Below, piece by piece: positions 12,106-24,326 of a DNA stretch of 64,000 nt. This DNA comes from Fimicolochytrium jonesii (Eukaryota). Where the stretch lies: contig NW_026515670.1 in assembly GCF_025526975.1 (NCBI RefSeq), positions 930,001-994,000 on the forward strand, read 5' to 3'. Each line of letters opens with the position of its first letter. Positions within the stretch are counted from its first letter, which is position 1. Made by a program: the position numbers and the translations under genes. The notes beneath the pieces were generated by a model. That model ran no database searches. It had not been told where the DNA came from and saw nothing but the letters and a program-made list of their open reading frames with translations.

Positions 12106-15100
12106 ATGTATGGCGGCTCTAGTGGAAATGCTAGCGGGCGCACGGACGGCTCGTCGGGATCTTCCCGCCGGCCAAACATTGCGGTAGACTTGCCACGGCC
12201 AGACCGTCGACCATCGAGGCCCGCTCCCTCAGCTTCGAGCAGCTCGCAGTCGTCTCGGCCGATAAGCAACTTGCTTTCACAGCTGGAAGATTTTGCGCTG
12301 GATTTCAACCCAGCTGCTGCACCGCAGCAGCAACGACCGCAGCAGAACACGAAGAGTCAGGATAGCGAACCTTTATTTCGTGCCAGAAACGGCGTAGGTT
12401 CCAGAAATGGAGCACATACCAAAAGCCCTGACGATTTTGGGAGCAGTTTTGGGGATGTTGACAACGATATGGGGGCGGAGGCGGATAAGATACTGGCGGA
12501 TCTGGAGAAACTGCTGCCTGGCCGAGGAAAGAGCACGAGAGGCACGAGAAAAGATGTTCCCGCCAGAAGTGACACCTCCGCTTCGACTGCTAGGGATGCA
12601 AAGCTAACGCCTCCAAGTCGAACGACGTCATCGGCGGCATCTCCAAGATTGGCTTCTGAAAACAGTCAGGTTGGTATTTGGGAAAGAGTCAGATCTCAAG
12701 ATAACGCGACTTGCACTGCTGACCCCTTCTTCTTGCAGAGGAGCCAGGAACCACTACAACGTTTTTACAACGGCCCACAATCGTCTTCCACAACTTCATT
12801 AAACTCCATCAAGCGTGAATTGGCGGCACCGCCAAGGCTCGCGATATCACCCAAAGCTCCATCCTCAACCAACACACGGCCAACCCCATCATCACCTCTC
12901 ACCAACACCTCATACGTACCCGATGTCTCCCGCTACTCCCCAGCTCGCCGATCGTTATCGGCAGACGACATACCATCGCCTTTAGGGACCGACGTGCCCT
13001 TATACGCTTTGCTTTTGAGGCCCATAAAAGATCTCATGGAGGATCCGGGAAGCAAAGCCGCGTCCACGAAGGACGACCTCTTTATGCCAGGAGGCAAACG
13101 ACTCAGCTCCTTCACGGTCATGAGCGGGCAATCCATGATGGATGTTGCAGACGGAATGATCATTCAGATCATGGAGCAAGAAGCCGACAAACTGGCTGCG
13201 GAATTCCCAGTTCTGACGTCGGAGAAGTACGACGCCAAAAAGAAAGCGTTAAAGGACACGATGGCGAGGATAAAAGCGCTGCAGAAGCGGCTCGCACTTG
13301 AAACAAAGATCAAAGAGGCTGCGAATTCCTTGAATAAGCTGGATTCTGGAGGAGATCGAGGCAAAACGCAGCAAGCAAAGGAACAGTTGGCGCATGCAGA
13401 GAAGAAAGTTGAGGCGATCGCTGCCGCCCTGTGGGAGGCAGTGCAACAGCTCATAGAAATTGAGCGCTCGATCCTAAAGCATGTTGCTGGTGTCCTGCGC
13501 TGGAGCGCAACGAATGCGAAGGAGCAGCAGGCCAGTAAACCTTCGCCGCCTCGCAATGCCCAGAGCCGGGACGCTTCCAGGGATGTCCAGGAGCGACTTA
13601 ACTCGGCCGAGATCCGCATCAAAGAGCAGCATCGCGAAAACGATATTCTGCGAAAGACTGTTTCCCAACTGGAGTCAGAACAGGAGCCTTTGCGCAGCTT
13701 GGCAGCGCAAGCCAAGAAGGAGGCCCGCGTAACGCGGGAAATCCGTGACAGGTACCGTACCGACCAAACCACGAAGTCGGAAGCGGAAGACCTGCTGAAA
13801 CTGCAATTAGCCGTCGCGCGAGCGGACATCGAGCACCTGACTGAGGAAGTGCACGAAGCCCGCAACAACCACTCGAAATTGCAGTTGCAGCTTGACGATA
13901 ACGTTACCCTGATGGAGGAGAAGGACCGTACCATTGCGGACTTACTGGCGCAGGTGGAGGAGCTGACAACGCAGGCTGACATGAGCTCGCGGGCTGCGGA
14001 CCAAGCGCGGTCGGTCCATAAACCTACCCGAAACAGCGCGTGGTACCGCGAGCAAGTGACGGAGCAGGTCGCTTCGCACTCTGCAAAGATGCGAGCTGTC
14101 CTTGGCGACCAGTTGAAAGAAGCCGTTCTGGAACGCGAGCGCATGCGTTTGCAGTACAATGAGCAAACGGAGATAGCCAGCGAGTTGAGGTCCCAATTGG
14201 CGGAACTGCGTCAGAACGGTAATAAAGGCAGGGATTCCCCGCGGGCTCGCGGAGCCTTCCGCGGTGGTGATTCCGGAAGTGACACCGAGCCAGAGGCCCT
14301 CACGCCTCGGAGCCCAGGCAGCGGGTCATTGCGCTCCCCGTCCAGGCTGCAGGCTTCGGATAACTCAAGGAGACGGGATCCAAAACTGCTGGCTGCACAA
14401 CTCGACCAGCAAGAGCAAGTCATCTCCGATCTCCGGCGGCAGCTTGCTAAGAGTAACGAGAGTTCCGCTGGGTCTGAAGATGATCAGAAGAGGCTGATGC
14501 GACTGTACGATGACATTGTGGCTGCTAAGGAGTCGAAGGACTCGTATTCGCGCTCGTACAGCGTAGATGTACTCACGAAGGAAGTGCAGAGCTTGATACG
14601 AGAGCGGCGACGGGCATCCGAAGAAATACAGAACCTGCAGCGACAAGTGGAAAGTTCCGTCGCTGTCGGATTGGAACAGGAGAAAGCGAACAGCAACATG
14701 GCGAAGCTTTCGCAAGACGCCGCACGCGTGGGTGAGATGCGACGGGAATTGCAGAGGGTGGAGCAGGAACGAGACACGGCGATGGACGCACAACGTGACC
14801 TTGAACGGCAGATCGCGTCACTGAAAGACACCCGGGATTCACCACGCGACCGAGATCTGAACAACGACAAGGTTGCTGACCTGGAAAAACAGATCGCCGC
14901 TAAGGATGACGATATAGATAGATTAGAAGACGAGCTGGACTCTGTCAAGAACAACGTCGCCCGGTTGCAGAGGGAGAACAAGGATCTTTCCGCGCAAGTC
15001 GACGAATTAGACCAGGACATTCAGGCGCAGGAGAAGGAGTTCGAAGACCGCCTTGCGCGCGAGAAGGACGAGATGAGCGCCAACCATCGTAATGAGCTGG

Positions 15101-16498
15101 GCTCATTGAACGAGGCGTTGACGAAAGCGAGAGCGGATGCGGATCAGTGGAACCGACGGTGTGATGAGCTCCAACGGCAGTTAGAGGCTGAGAAGGAGTG
15201 GTATAAGCAGGAGATGGTGGACTTGCAAGCGAACCATGCGAAGGTGATGCAGGATTCGGAATCGAGGTTCCAGCGTGAGATGGACGAGCTGAATGATGAG
15301 CTGACGTCGCTTACGAAGGAGCTTGCGTCAGGTGGAGGTCCGGCCGCCATTGCTGCGCTGACCGAGACGCTTGAGAATGCGAAACGCGAGCATAGCAAAG
15401 CTATTCAGGAGCAGCAACAAGCGCATGATCGGGAGGTCGATGCATTAGCCAGCCGCCACGACGAACTCAAAGCCCGGTTCGAGTCATCCGAGCAAGCCCT
15501 CATGTCTTCCAAGCAGCAATACTTTCAAGAACGCGAACGGCTCCAGGAACGCATCGACAACGCTGCGATCGAGCGCGACCTCGCCATCCAGGAGAAAACC
15601 CAAAACGAACAAATTATGAAACAAGCGCAGGCCGAACTGAACGATGTGCGTGAGCGGTTCGAGAAAGTTTCGAAAGATTTCCAGGAAGCGCAACGCCGTG
15701 CCGCGTCTGCCGAAGACGAAGCTAATGGCATGATCATGGAGCTGGAGAAGATGAAGATGGGTCTTGAAAGCCGCGACGCCGAAATCTCGAAACTCAGCAG
15801 CACGTTGGCCGAGAAGGAACACCAGCTGAACGAAGCGCTATCTATCACCAGCGAAATCGGCATGATCCAACAGATGCTTGAGGAGAAAGAGCATACCATC
15901 GTGCAAGCGCAGCGCGAAGCCGAGAACGCGAAACGCGAGTTGGTCGAATACAGAGCTGCGATGGAGGATAAGGAGAAGGACTTTAAGGAGGGCCAGCAGC
16001 TGTTGGATACGATGCAGCAGATGGTGATGAGCTTGAAGCGAGGACGCGCCGACTTGGTGGAGGAGATGGAGGATGCGAAGTATAGGGAGGAGATGATGAA
16101 GCGGAAGGCGGATGGGTTGGAGAGGACTGTTGAGCAGGTTTGTATCAATGATCCGGACTTCACCGAGAAAAAGACATTGTATGACTGATAACACCCCATT
16201 TTCCCCACAGTTGACACGAACGACAATCGAACTAACAGCCCAATCCCGCAACCTCGAATCCACCGTCTCGACCCAAAAAGCCGAAATGGACACCCTCCGC
16301 GAAAAAATTCAGGACCTCTCCGTCGATCGTCTCGGCAGCGGGGACAACGGGTCCACGGCGGCCATGCGCGCTGATTTCCGGAAGTTGATTGCGGATCTGA
16401 GATCGGAGCATGCGGCGTTGCTGGCGAAGGAGGGTGAGGCACGTGCGGAGGCGGAGCGGGAGGTTAGGAGGTTGAAGAGGGAGGTTGGGGCTAGGTGA
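12106..16498 (+). CDS. Large coiled-coil protein with an Up-regulated During Septation (Uds1)-type domain
   Basis: EFPVLTSEKYDAKKK...RLALETKIKEAANSL...LWEAVQQLIEIERSILKHVAGVL resembles the Uds1 domain; long heptad-rich region; introns 12670-12738 and about 16138-16210; C-terminal MRADFRKLIADLRSEH. A further short 3' exon is possible. Confidence 0.75.
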
Positions 16499-16742
16499 CG
16501 TGGTGGAAGGTCATGAAAGTGTCGGCTGAGGGAGAGCGGACGGGCAGCTGGGTGGCCATGCCATCGAAGAAACGAAAGGGAGAGGAGAGGATATGGCTGA
16601 TAGGGAAGTACGGTAGTACGGACTCTTTCCGAGCTGTTGCTAGCTCAAACATTCCATCCGCGAGAGTGGACCTTTTGTATTTAATATTGCATATAGGCTT
16701 AGGGCTTTAGGATGTTGGCATATAGAAATACAATCTCGACTC

Positions 16743-17571
16743 TCAGAACAATGGCTTTATTGGATGCGGGAAGGAACTCAGCTGTGCAGTTATCCGCTGA
16801 ATAGTAGTGGAGGGACTAGGTCTACCTCTCGAATGCTTTCTGTTTTCCTCTGTGCTGATCTTCGCCTCCAACTCAGCCTCTTTCCTTTGCATTCTTTCGA
16901 CGGTCGCTTCCATCCTGATGATCCCCATGGCTTTTTCATTCTCGATAAACCAGCGTACGAGCGTGTCCTTCTGCTTGACGAATCCCTTCTTTCCAGGATG
17001 GCTCTCTCGCCATCCGCCATGGAGGCAGTTCACCAGGCCATGGTAGTTAAGAACATATTCACTACCCCGGATCTCCTCAGAATAGTGGCACTGTGGAGGA
17101 GGTTAAGAGCGTCCATCATCTTCTGGAGATGATAGGCGACACCCTCTGCCAGGAGATGATTGGGGTTGACAAGGGCTCCCTCTCTCGGGAGATGCTCGGT
17201 ATCGATAAGGGCTCTGTCTGCCCGGGTATGCTCGGTGTTGATAAGGGCTCCGTCTGCCAGGAGGTACTTGGGCTTGGCGTATATGTTGGTCTCCGTGGGT
17301 GAGATGTATCTGAGTGCCCCTCCGTCGAAAGACAGACAGGTCGATTGTTTCCTCAGCGTTTCGGATCCATGACTTCCTTCAAACCATTTGAGAATTGCGG
17401 AGGCGATTTCGTCAGGAGTACGAGGGTCTCCCTTTGACTTGCGCAGATGAGGCGAAGTGATGTTAGTGGGGAGACTCCAGATTGATCGAGCCGCACGGTT
17501 TTCTTGTTGCTCACCCCCGCCCTACACTCATAGCATAGATACCCCCCGCCTCTCCCTTCACCCCTCGGCAA
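16743..17571 (-). pseudogene. Possible decayed ORF (interrupted frames) containing a 36-bp tandem repeat
   Basis: Minus-strand fragments 17353-17571, a Pro/Ser/Thr repeat (TEPLSTPSI-like) at about 17130-17290, and 16743-17033 are separated by stops and a frame change; no recognisable family. Confidence 0.3.
17144..17275. repeat. 36-bp minisatellite, about 3.5 degenerate copies
   Basis: ctctgccaggagatgattggggttgacaagggctcc / ctctctcgggagatgctcggtatcgataagggctct / gtctgcccgggtatgctcggtgttgataagggctcc / gtctgccaggaggtacttggg. Confidence 0.85.
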
Positions 17572-17794
17572 TCGGGTCGAAAAAACACGTCAGAGAAGTC
17601 TGACATCCCAACTTCACACCTCCGCCCCACATAGGGGTTGGCGCGAGGCCTCAGAAAAGAGGCCCATGTTTGAGTAGAAGAGCCGATGTGAGCCGCCGTT
17701 ATCTAGCACGGTCGCGTCCACCTTTCCACCTATCCACCAGGTCGCGTCCGGCCGTGAGATGCAGGTTGGCGGACAGCGCGGAGATGTCGAACCA

Positions 17795-17819
17795 CCCCCC
17801 CCCCCCCCCCCCCCCCCCC
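17795..17819. repeat. Poly-C tract, 25 nt
   Basis: Uninterrupted C run read directly from the sequence. Confidence 0.95.
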
Positions 17820-18849
17820 ACTTCCCACCGACCGTTAGAGCAGCGGGCCATTGACTTCTGAGAGCAGGAGAAGGCTGGTGGCCGGCCTGACGACCGCACG
17901 CGTTGCAGGCAGCGCGGGCGGTTTTCAGGCCAGCCTCCAGAGACCAGTCCTCCAAGCCGTCGACTTTGTCGCAGCGCACCAGCAGCAGCGGTTTCCAGGC
18001 GCAAGACACCGGTAACCTCTATCATCGACGCCGGGGGCGCGCGTGCGAGACAGGCGGCTGGCTGCGGCTTTGGGCATCGTAGAGCTGGTGTATATGTGCC
18101 TCGTTCGGATTTGTTTCATCGAGTCGAACAGCGAAAAGAAGACAGCGCATGAGGAAACGTCATTCCCCAGCTGCATTAACGATCCCTCGTCGGGGTTGCG
18201 CTCCCATCATGAACACGATTGGGTGGTGGTTCTCCGCCATAAGTCTCGTACTCTCGTAATCTTTCCATCCCTGACGCTGCATGTCGCCGTCGGTCGGGTG
18301 TCGTTCGCGAACTGTCTGGTTTCTTGTGCAGGGGGTTCGAATCGTCGTATCGAGTTGTATTTGACGTGTGGTTGCCCCGAAGTGAACGTCACGAGTAAGT
18401 GGTGGCTCCGAGTAACGTCTGCAATCGTGATGTGACTACAGCTCGAGAGGTGCAGGAAATTGGCAAAGCGATGGACGAGGGCGGGTTAACGGAATGGCAC
18501 CTCTTTTATGTGTTTGCGAGAGCTCTCGACGGCGTTCGCATGGTTCGCTCAGAGAAAGGTGAGAGGTGCCCTCCACCAATCGATGATCGAGTGACCGAAC
18601 ACTGTAGAACAGAGATTGCGTATCGCAATGGAAGTCTGAAGTCAGCAGGGGATTGATGGTCTGGAGACGAGCACAACCGAGTCAGTGATGCGCCGCCGGA
18701 GTTGCTGCGATTTCCAAGTGCGACAGCGCGACTGACAGTGGTTGCAGCCGATAGCTTTCATACGTGGAGCTAATGCGTGTGACACGCATGAAATGGTTTG
18801 AACACAACGTTGGGAATTGAGTGTGAGCGACTTAGAAGGAAGTAAATAT

Positions 18850-18921
18850 GGTCCTGTGGCTCAATGGCAGAGCTTTCGACTCCAGATCGAAGGGTTGCGA
18901 GTTCGATTCTCGTCGGGACCA
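18850..18921 (+). tRNA. tRNA-Trp (CCA), intronless
   Basis: GGTCCTG/CGGGACC acceptor stem, GCTC/GAGC D stem, TTCGA-CTCCAGA-TCGAA anticodon arm, GTTCGATTC T loop, followed by T-runs (Pol III terminator). Confidence 0.96.
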
Positions 18922-19038
18922 TTTGTTTTTGACTTTTTTCGCCAAATTTCCATGATTTTCAGGGTGTCTTCTCGAAAATTTCGAATGCTACGCATCTGGG
19001 AAGCCACACGCCGCAATGATCAACGCTGGAGAGACGAG

Positions 19039-19076
19039 ATGGAGATACCCCAAAGCAATGGAGATACCCCGAAGCA
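19039..19076. repeat. 19-bp tandem duplication downstream of tRNA-Trp
   Basis: atggagataccccaaagca followed by atggagataccccgaagca (1 mismatch). Confidence 0.85.
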
Positions 19077-20955
19077 AATGGATGTGGTGAAATGGTGTTT
19101 CCCGCAGTGCCTTGGAGGCCGCAGAGTCCTTGGACAACACCCTGCGTCAACCCACCAAGGATGCCGGTGCTCAAGATCTAGATGAGATCGAGTTCACTAG
19201 CGTGAGGTCGATGAGATCGCTGAAAGCTCTGCAACCGAGGAAGCCACCAAAGACGCCAGTTCTCCAACTGTTACCGAGAATGACCGTAGGGTCGACGAGC
19301 CCGTGAAGGGGTCCGCCACAAGCTCTACTCGACCTCGGCCACTTTCCGCAAATCGAAACGTATCGAATATTGGAGAGGGACTGTGTATTCCAAGCGACTA
19401 CAATATACAGCAGGGGGGGTGGGTGGGGTTTGACCAGATTGCTACTACAATTTTGCGGGCAACGTTCGTGGGAAAAAAGGGAAACGGAAGAAAGAAAGGG
19501 AACGGAGAAGGCTCAGTGAGTTTGTCATCCCAATAAACCCTTCACGTGTCCTTGTCGATTTATTCGCGAGGCGAAAGGCAATCGGAGGGGCCTCCACTCC
19601 GACATCCCCAAATTAGCTGCCCGCATCAGAACCTGGTAAACCAGAATTCTCGTGAAACAGAACCAGGACATCACGACCAATCTCCGGGGTGGTGGAGTGA
19701 CGGGCGGAGAACTCGATCTGGGAATGTACCCTTGTTCAGTTCCCTCGTTTTTCGTTTCTCGTTCCCCTGATGCAGCATGGCAGATGCACGACGAGGACGA
19801 GCGGTCGCCAAGGAATCCCCATATGTAGGTAGCGTATGTAGGTAGAAGGGAGAATCTCTTGGCCTGGGGGAGTACATGCTTTGTAGCTCAACGAGGTGAC
19901 ACAACGTGGCACTTCGTCCGTCGGAAGTTCGGAACGGTCGCGTCGAGGAGAAACTTCTCGAGCCTCTCAAACACTACTGGCCGGTCGCAGCATTTCGCAA
20001 ACGCAAACTTTGATGTCTCTGGGGACAATCTCGAGGAACACGAGGAACACTCTCGGGCTGTGAGCCCGATCGCTTTATCAAATGTGGCCGAGCGTTGCCC
20101 TGGGTATCCCCGACGCAATCTGTGTCTAAACAGTTCGGTCCTATGTATTCCGTTTCGTACTTCTCTTCCCCTTTTTGCACGTGTTCCTACCAGCGACGCA
20201 CCAACGTTGGAGTCCTGTGTCAGTTTAGGTCTTGCCTTTGGGCGCAAATGAGGAACTCTGGATGCTGAGGAGGGGTCGCAGTGCAAAACGCCCGCAGAAG
20301 AATACTGTAGAGGACCCAAGGGTGCGGGAGAGAGAACAAACGAACAGTCTGAAGCTGACCTACGTCATTTGGGATGTCGGGTGACGTAAATGCTTGTATC
20401 GACGATCTTTACGCTCGGAACGAGAAGAACTTTCAGGTCATTTGTCTGCTGTCCCTTTGACACTATGACAGCGCGTCTGGCTGAACTCCGATCCGCGCAA
20501 CATGGGAAAAAAGCTTCCTGCAGCTCGGAACCACCGGGTCCTGTGGATTCGCGACAAACACCCATCAGGTGTGTACAAAGATCGGCAAAATAAAGAGGCC
20601 ACTTTGGTATGAAAAAGAGAAGTGTGCATCCAATACGTATTTCACAAGAAAGCGGAGGATCGGAGACCTTCCCGACATGGCTAGGGTGAACGCACGCGCC
20701 CTGATTCTTGGATAGGCTGTCGTTTTGTAAAGTCTAGCACTTATTGTACAACCTGGGCGCCCCACCATATTTCTTAGTCTTATCAAGTCCCGCTAGAGGT
20801 GGGATGGCACTCTGAGCAACAATCAGCAAGAATGAAGACCTTAGTCTCATTCTCATTCTTTCATGGTCAGATATTCCATCAACGTCCAGAGAAACACACT
20901 ATCCGCTGCAGTCGCAATGAGTCTTTCGGCAGCCACCAAGCATCCCAGTTTGAGT

Positions 20956-23947
20956 ATGGGCGGCAGTGTCCTCCACAGCGTCGTTCAAGAGCTCCTATCC
21001 GTACTCCATTGTCACTTTGTTCTCCCAACTACCGAGCAAAGCAGTCTTGGAGCAGCAATCGGCAGCGGAAGTTCTCTGAGACACTCCAAACGCTGCAGCC
21101 TTTCGAAACTATGGGTCGCCGGGAGTTTTTTGACTATTGCCTTTAGCATGACCTGTCTAATCTTCAACATCTCGCGAGGAACGCCAAAGACTGGTATGGA
21201 CCTGCGCTGGCCGGCGTCCATGTTCTGTATTTGGATGTGGACGGCTGGTTTGTCCGGCCTGTTTCCAATTCCGAGTGCGCCTACGACTAGCGACGGCGCG
21301 TGGGGAGACATTAATGTGCAAACTCGTGCAATGCTGGCCGCATTGGCGGTGGTTTATCTTCCATTGCCATCCGCAGCTTGCTTGGTAATTGCTTTTCGAC
21401 GCTTCTATCGAACCGCCAGCCACATCACTGCCGCTGCGGCACAAGTGGAAAAAATGTGCGAAGTCACGCGGGAGGCAGGAGAGTTGACGAGAACTGGGGT
21501 ATGGCACTCGAAAGAAGACAGCACGACAGGAATAACGTACATCTGCGCGTGCGAGACCTGGTTCGATATGATGGGCTTCGTCGGTGATTTACTTCCTGCC
21601 TGTGACGAATGCAGGGCCAGTCTGTACGCATTACCTTATCGGAATAGGTGGGTTGGCCTTTGCAGCATTCTTCCAAACGGAGCACTGCGTCCTGACCTTG
21701 TTGATCACCGAAGACGCATTGCGTTCCCTCGGTTCTTCCAGCGCTTGAGTTCTGGAGAAGACCAGAAGAAAATCTTTCAGATGATCAAAGCCGTGACATC
21801 CGGGAGCAGCGAATGCAAGCCAGTGCTCTATAATCTTCGACGGGAGGTTGATGGTAGGGCAGGCCGCCGTCTTTCTCGCCACAACGGGTCTGTCTGTACT
21901 CAAGCTCTCTGATGAATCCGCCAACCAGATTGCGAAATCTATATTCGAACGTACATGCTGCCGATAGTGCACGATGGGAAAATCGTGGCTCGCCGAGGTG
22001 CTACGCAGGACGTTACAGCGCAGATCATGGAGGAACAAGCTCTAAGAAGAGATAAAGAGCAAGCCATCACGCAATCACAGCAGAAGGTTTGCGTACTTTT
22101 AAGCGACTGAATCGACTGAAGGTTACTCATCTTATGCCTCGCATCTCCCTCATCTCCGACGAATCCGATTTACTATTCACTTCCCAGGACACCTTTCTGG
22201 TAAGGAAACGGTACTTTCATTCGTCTCGAGGCTTGGAGCTCATAGCTTAGGGACTAAGGCGACGATGTCGCATGAATTGCGCACGCCTCTCACATCCATC
22301 ATCGGCCACATTGAATTGGTGGCCGAGACCCAATTGGACCAAACCCAACGGGAGTTGATCGCTAATGCAGGCCGAGGAGCAACAACATTGTATGCTCTGA
22401 TAAAGTATGCATGGTCTTTTTTGGATATGTGGAAGGGAGACGAAGGACTGATATGCCCGCGTCGCCTCCGCGCCCAATTTTTTCTCAGCAATATTCTGGA
22501 TTACAGCAAGCTCTCCGCCGGAAAGATCGAGTTGGAATCGCATCACACGAACATCGCTGACCTCCTCGGAGATGTGTACCTTCTCGTCAAAGATCTGAGC
22601 ACCGTTTCTCTTTCAATAAAGCCGTACTCAGGGCCGCAGATAGAAGTGGATGCAATGCGCCTCAAACAAGTGTAAGTGCCTGCAACAGCAGATTCCAAGA
22701 CCCCTTTATCGAATCGTCTTCACAATCATGGAACTGAATATGCATCCGTACATTTCCAGGTTCTTGAATTTACTAAGCAATAGTCTGAAGTTTACCATGC
22801 CGGGCGGAAAGGTAGAGCTGTCAAATCGCTGGGAAATCATGCCTGGCAACCTCGTCAGCCTCGAATTTGAGGTAGCCGATACTGGCATAGGCATGTCCCC
22901 GGAAGTACTGGAGAAGCTCTTCACGCCTTTCGAGCAAGCGGACGCATCTATTAGTAGAAGGTTTGGAGGAACAGGGCTTGGCCTAAGTATCTCCCACAAA
23001 CTGGTAATGGCGATGGGGGGAACGATAACTGTCCGGAGCAAGGAGTCCGTGGGGACGACATTTACGGTCAAGATAGTGCAACCCATATCGCCAGAGACTG
23101 CGCCGCCAACTAGGAACAGCGTGGCATCACGAACGGAGGGACCGACGTCGCTGTCATTGTACCCATCACCACCTGCCGATATCTCGCCGGTTCTATACGA
23201 TTTTCGGGCCTCCTCGCCGAAACCACAGAAAGGGGCGAACGGGACTGGCGGTCATTCGCTGCAAACGTGCAACGCTGCGATCGAGGCAGCTTTCTCTTTT
23301 ACCCAAAGTCACCAGTCATCGATTCAGTCGGATTCTTCTCATAAAGTCCTAGAGGGCATGAACGGTGCGGCCATCAACGACGGGCGTACCGAACCGGCTT
23401 CAGATGGCCAAACCAGAGTTTTACTCATTGAAGACAATACAACCACGCAGAAGCTAGTTCAGCGGATGCTCAAGGACATTAGTCTGGATGTCGCAGATAA
23501 CGGACTAATAGGCTACGAGAAAGTGCGGGACTTCCCACCCTACAACCTGATTTTATGCGATATGATGATGCCGGGTATGGTCTTGATGCAGGAAGAGTTG
23601 CAATATCGCAGAAACATTGGGTGCTAACATCTGAACAACCAGTTATGGACGGTCTTGAAGCCACACGTAAAATCCGTCAACTGGACAAATCAAGAAACAC
23701 AATGATCGTCGGGCTAACCGCCAATGCGTTCAAAAGCCACCGCGATAACTGTTTAGCAGCTGGCATGAATGACTTTGTGTCGAAGCCCTTTACGAAGCAA
23801 GGGCTACTTGATGCGGTTACGAAAGCTCTGACAATGCCGAAGCGACCTCCGTCGAGGAGGGCGTCGTCAGTGTCGCAGGACCTCAATGGCACCGTGGGTT
23901 GCACAACGATCGATATACCTGCGGTCATGCGGCCGGCAACTCCATAA
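20956..23947 (+). CDS. Hybrid sensor histidine kinase: 3-TM sensor, PAS/PAC, HisKA, HATPase, receiver; spliced
   Basis: Spliced H-box QK|DTFL|ATMSHELRTPL, N-box LNLLSNSLKFT, G1 VADTGIGM, F-box LFTPFEQAD, G2 GGTGLGLSI; receiver VLLIEDN...LILCDMMMP|VMDGLEAT...SKPF; PAC-like IYIRTYMLPIVHDGKIVARRGATQDVT. Start uncertain (in-frame ATGs at 20863, 20917, 20956). Confidence 0.9.
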
Positions 23948-24326
23948 CAGGAGCCCGCGGCCTAAGATCGGTCGCGGTCAGAAGTCCGTCGAATCGGGCA
24001 CTTGTATCTATAGCTAGATCAGTAGCGGTTTGATTACATATTGCACTCTCTGGCCCATACCGAATGAAACTTTCGATTCGGTCGGCATCAGCGAGCGATT
24101 TTTGTAGACAAGGACGTTGCCTGTACGTACATTAAGACGTGGGAACAAAACTCTCATTTAAGTCAAGATGATTATGTACAAAAGATAATCGAAAGCTTCA
24201 GTTGACCGTCTAAGAACCTACGCCTAAATTGCCCGTTACGCCAAAACATTGAGCAATACAAGCCAAATAAAAGATCGAATACCCTATAGACGGCTAGCCT
24301 TCAACCATATTGGAAGCCCGAACTGC

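Noticed and set aside
13164..16442. Long antisense ORFs opposite the coiled-coil gene (also opposite the dynein and BAG genes)
   Set aside because: Ser/Leu/Phe-rich shadow frames expected from codon bias on the sense strand; no independent motifs
17144..17275. 36-bp repeats as a possible CRISPR array
   Set aside because: Units are directly adjacent with no unique spacers, are degenerate, have no cas genes nearby, and the context is eukaryotic
18850..18921. tRNA-Trp as a UGA read-through or recoding tRNA
   Set aside because: Normal CCA anticodon and full 5-bp anticodon stem; conserved genes here (E2, dynein) end at TGA and use TGG for Trp
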